The notes under the pieces: model-generated
Databases searched by the model: none
Seen by the model: only the letters and a program-made list of their open reading frames with translations
What the model was told of the DNA's origin: nothing
Program-made: the position numbers and the translations under genes
In this document: in pieces, positions 62,047-64,000 of the stretch
Layout of the letters: each line of letters begins with the position of its first letter
Numbering within the stretch: position 1 is the first letter of the stretch
DNA from: Amoebophrya sp. A120
Taxonomy: Eukaryota > Protista > Dinoflagellata
Direction: 5' to 3'
Assembly (NCBI GenBank): GCA_905178155.1
Contig: CAJINV010000017.1
Location: 1-64,000, forward strand
Length of the DNA: 64,000 nt

Positions 62047-64000
62047 ATGGCACCACGCCGGCCTGCACGAGTCGCGACGGGCTTCGCACTGCTTGGAAGT
62101 GCGCACGCGCGCAGCTCGGCTCTTGGCTCTGAAGAAGGATGGCGCAATGAAGACTCGGGGGCGGAGCGTCCTGAAGGCGATCCCACCGACAATGAACTGC
62201 AGCGCATCAAAGATCTCCTTTCCCGCAGTGATCTATCCGCGTCATTGTTGCAAGATCTCCCTGTTCCCGCAGCACTTCCTGTCGACGGCGGAAACCACTT
62301 GCCAGAGCGCGCCGACGGCGTCTCTGCGGAATTATCTCGAGGGCACGACGCAACTGCGCATCTATTGGGATCGCCAGCAGCACCTGCCCCGCCGCTTTCT
62401 GAGGCAGCACATCAGAGACAAACACAAACCACCGATTTGGACCAGCTGGCGTTGGAGATCGCCAGCTCACCGGAGTTCACCAACCGCGGCGACTACATGC
62501 AAGAGCAAGACGCAGCTCCGGCCCTCAGCCCGACGTCCGCCAACTGCACCTGGAGATACTACAATCAGCCACTAGACCACTTCGCGGGGAAGACATATCA
62601 ATCAAATTTTGTCTTCGAACAAAGAGTCTGCTTCTATGAGGGATTTGCATCGACGGAACAACGAAAAGAATCGGAACGACAGAACGAAGATGAAGGAGAA
62701 GGAGATTTGCAACGAAGCCGAAGCGTTGCTACTGTCACCAGTACAACTCAATCACTGTCATCACCAGCACCAGCAGCTAGTACAACTTTGGCGGCACCAT
62801 CAAAACCGTTCGACGTCGCCTTTTTCTACGTCGGCAACGAGTCTCCTCTTGAAGTCTACATCAACAACACCGGTTTGATGTGGAACCTCGGGAGGAAAAT
62901 GCGCGCCGCCCTGATTTTCGCGGAGCACCGGTACGAGGGCGAATCCGTGCCGAAAAATTTGAACAACACGAAAAACTGCCTGGCGTATGCATCTTCCAAA
63001 CAGGCGCTCGCGGACTACGCACTGCTGATCGAAACGCTGAAGAAATTTGACCAGAACTACTCCAAAACTACCAAATTCATCGCCTTCGGTGGTTCCTACG
63101 GCGGCATGCTCGCCGCCTGGATGCGGACCAAGTACCCGCACCTGGTGCAGGGCGCCATCGCGGGCTCCGCGCCGATCTACGGCATCCCGACGTTCTTTCC
63201 GCAAATAAAACTCGACAGCTCCGCCGTCACGATTGCGCGGGGCCTCATGAAACCAGGAGGCTTGCCGAACAACGACTGTGCCGAAATTTACCAAATCGCC
63301 TGGCTCCTCCTCCAGTATTGGCTGGCGGAGACAAAGCACGGCGGGGAGGAGATTCAAAAGGCGATGAAGCTGTGCACAAAGCCTCGTATAATCACTATGT
63401 TCTGCTTCTGCACCAGCGGTTTTTTGACTTTCATCAACGTTTTGACCTATTTAGCTTCGAATTTCAGACATCAGTAGAGGTGGATGGCACGAGGACTGGT
63501 GCATGAAAATGGTCTCGTCTGCTAGTCGTGTCGACTATAGAAGCAGTTGTGGTGACGCATGAAAGATGAAAATATAACAACTTTACAGGTCCGAAAGACA
63601 GCCTGGCCCTCCTGACCTTTCTCCAGTCCGCGTTCTTCCTCCTCGCGGAGGGCAACTACCCGTTCCCCTCGGATTACATCACCGGCGCGGTGGGTGGAAA
63701 CATGAGCGCAAAACTGCCCGCGTGGCCGATGAGAAAAAGCTGCTCGAATTTGCTCGATGGCTTCAAACCAGGAGGGCAGCACTACCGAAAGGTCTTGAAA
63801 TTGGACCGGGAGAAATCTTCATCTTCAGACGGGACGAAGTTTAACGTCACCATTTTCAGTGGGAAGGAAGGTGCTGCCGAAAACGACAAGAGCTTAGATG
63901 CAGCATCAGCTTCCGCGGCACACACCGCTGGCATTATTAGCGACGCACTAAAGCAACACACGAAGTCGACTCCCAATAAACAACCTCTCCCGGTAAAAGC
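62047..64000 (+). CDS. serine peptidase S28 (Pro-X carboxypeptidase/DPP7 family), truncated at window end
   Basis: QPLDHF, FFYVGNE, AEHRYEG, QALADYA, FGGSYGGMLAAWMRTKYP and GSAPI. After GT-AG intron 63386-63588: NYPFPSDY..LPAWPM. Confidence 0.93.

Noticed and set aside
1-64000. tRNA, rRNA, spliced-leader copies, telomeric repeats, transposase
   Set aside because: None recognised by eye; only short partial TTTTGGCTC matches. A covariance-model or HMM scan is needed to exclude them.

Overview
Eukaryotic genomic DNA with intron-containing genes, all of the ones I can support lying on the + strand. Unidirectional gene order, divergent proteins and many inverted-repeat non-canonical introns suggest an early-branching dinoflagellate such as Amoebophrya (Syndiniales); this is inference. 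Recognisable genes: protein disulfide isomerase (two WCGHC motifs, KEEL end), a Yhm2-like mitochondrial carrier, an S28 serine peptidase, an NRF-6/acyltransferase-3 membrane protein, a taxilin-like protein, an IQ-motif protein and three LRR proteins (one with a PDZ domain). A 70-80 bp satellite fills the first 1.6 kb. The main signal is a set of 13 small elements (145-540 bp) that start TAT, end ATA, carry terminal inverted repeats (TIRs) and are flanked by 5-bp target-site duplications (TSDs; exact in five, degenerate or lost in the rest). Twelve interrupt recognisable coding frames, and in all twelve removing the element plus 5 nt restores the protein, mostly without GT-AG ends. Two near-identical 252-bp copies sit in opposite orientations in same-strand genes. 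This looks like an introner (transposon-as-intron) system whose removal depends on the terminal hairpin and not on orientation. All coordinates and alignments were made by eye.
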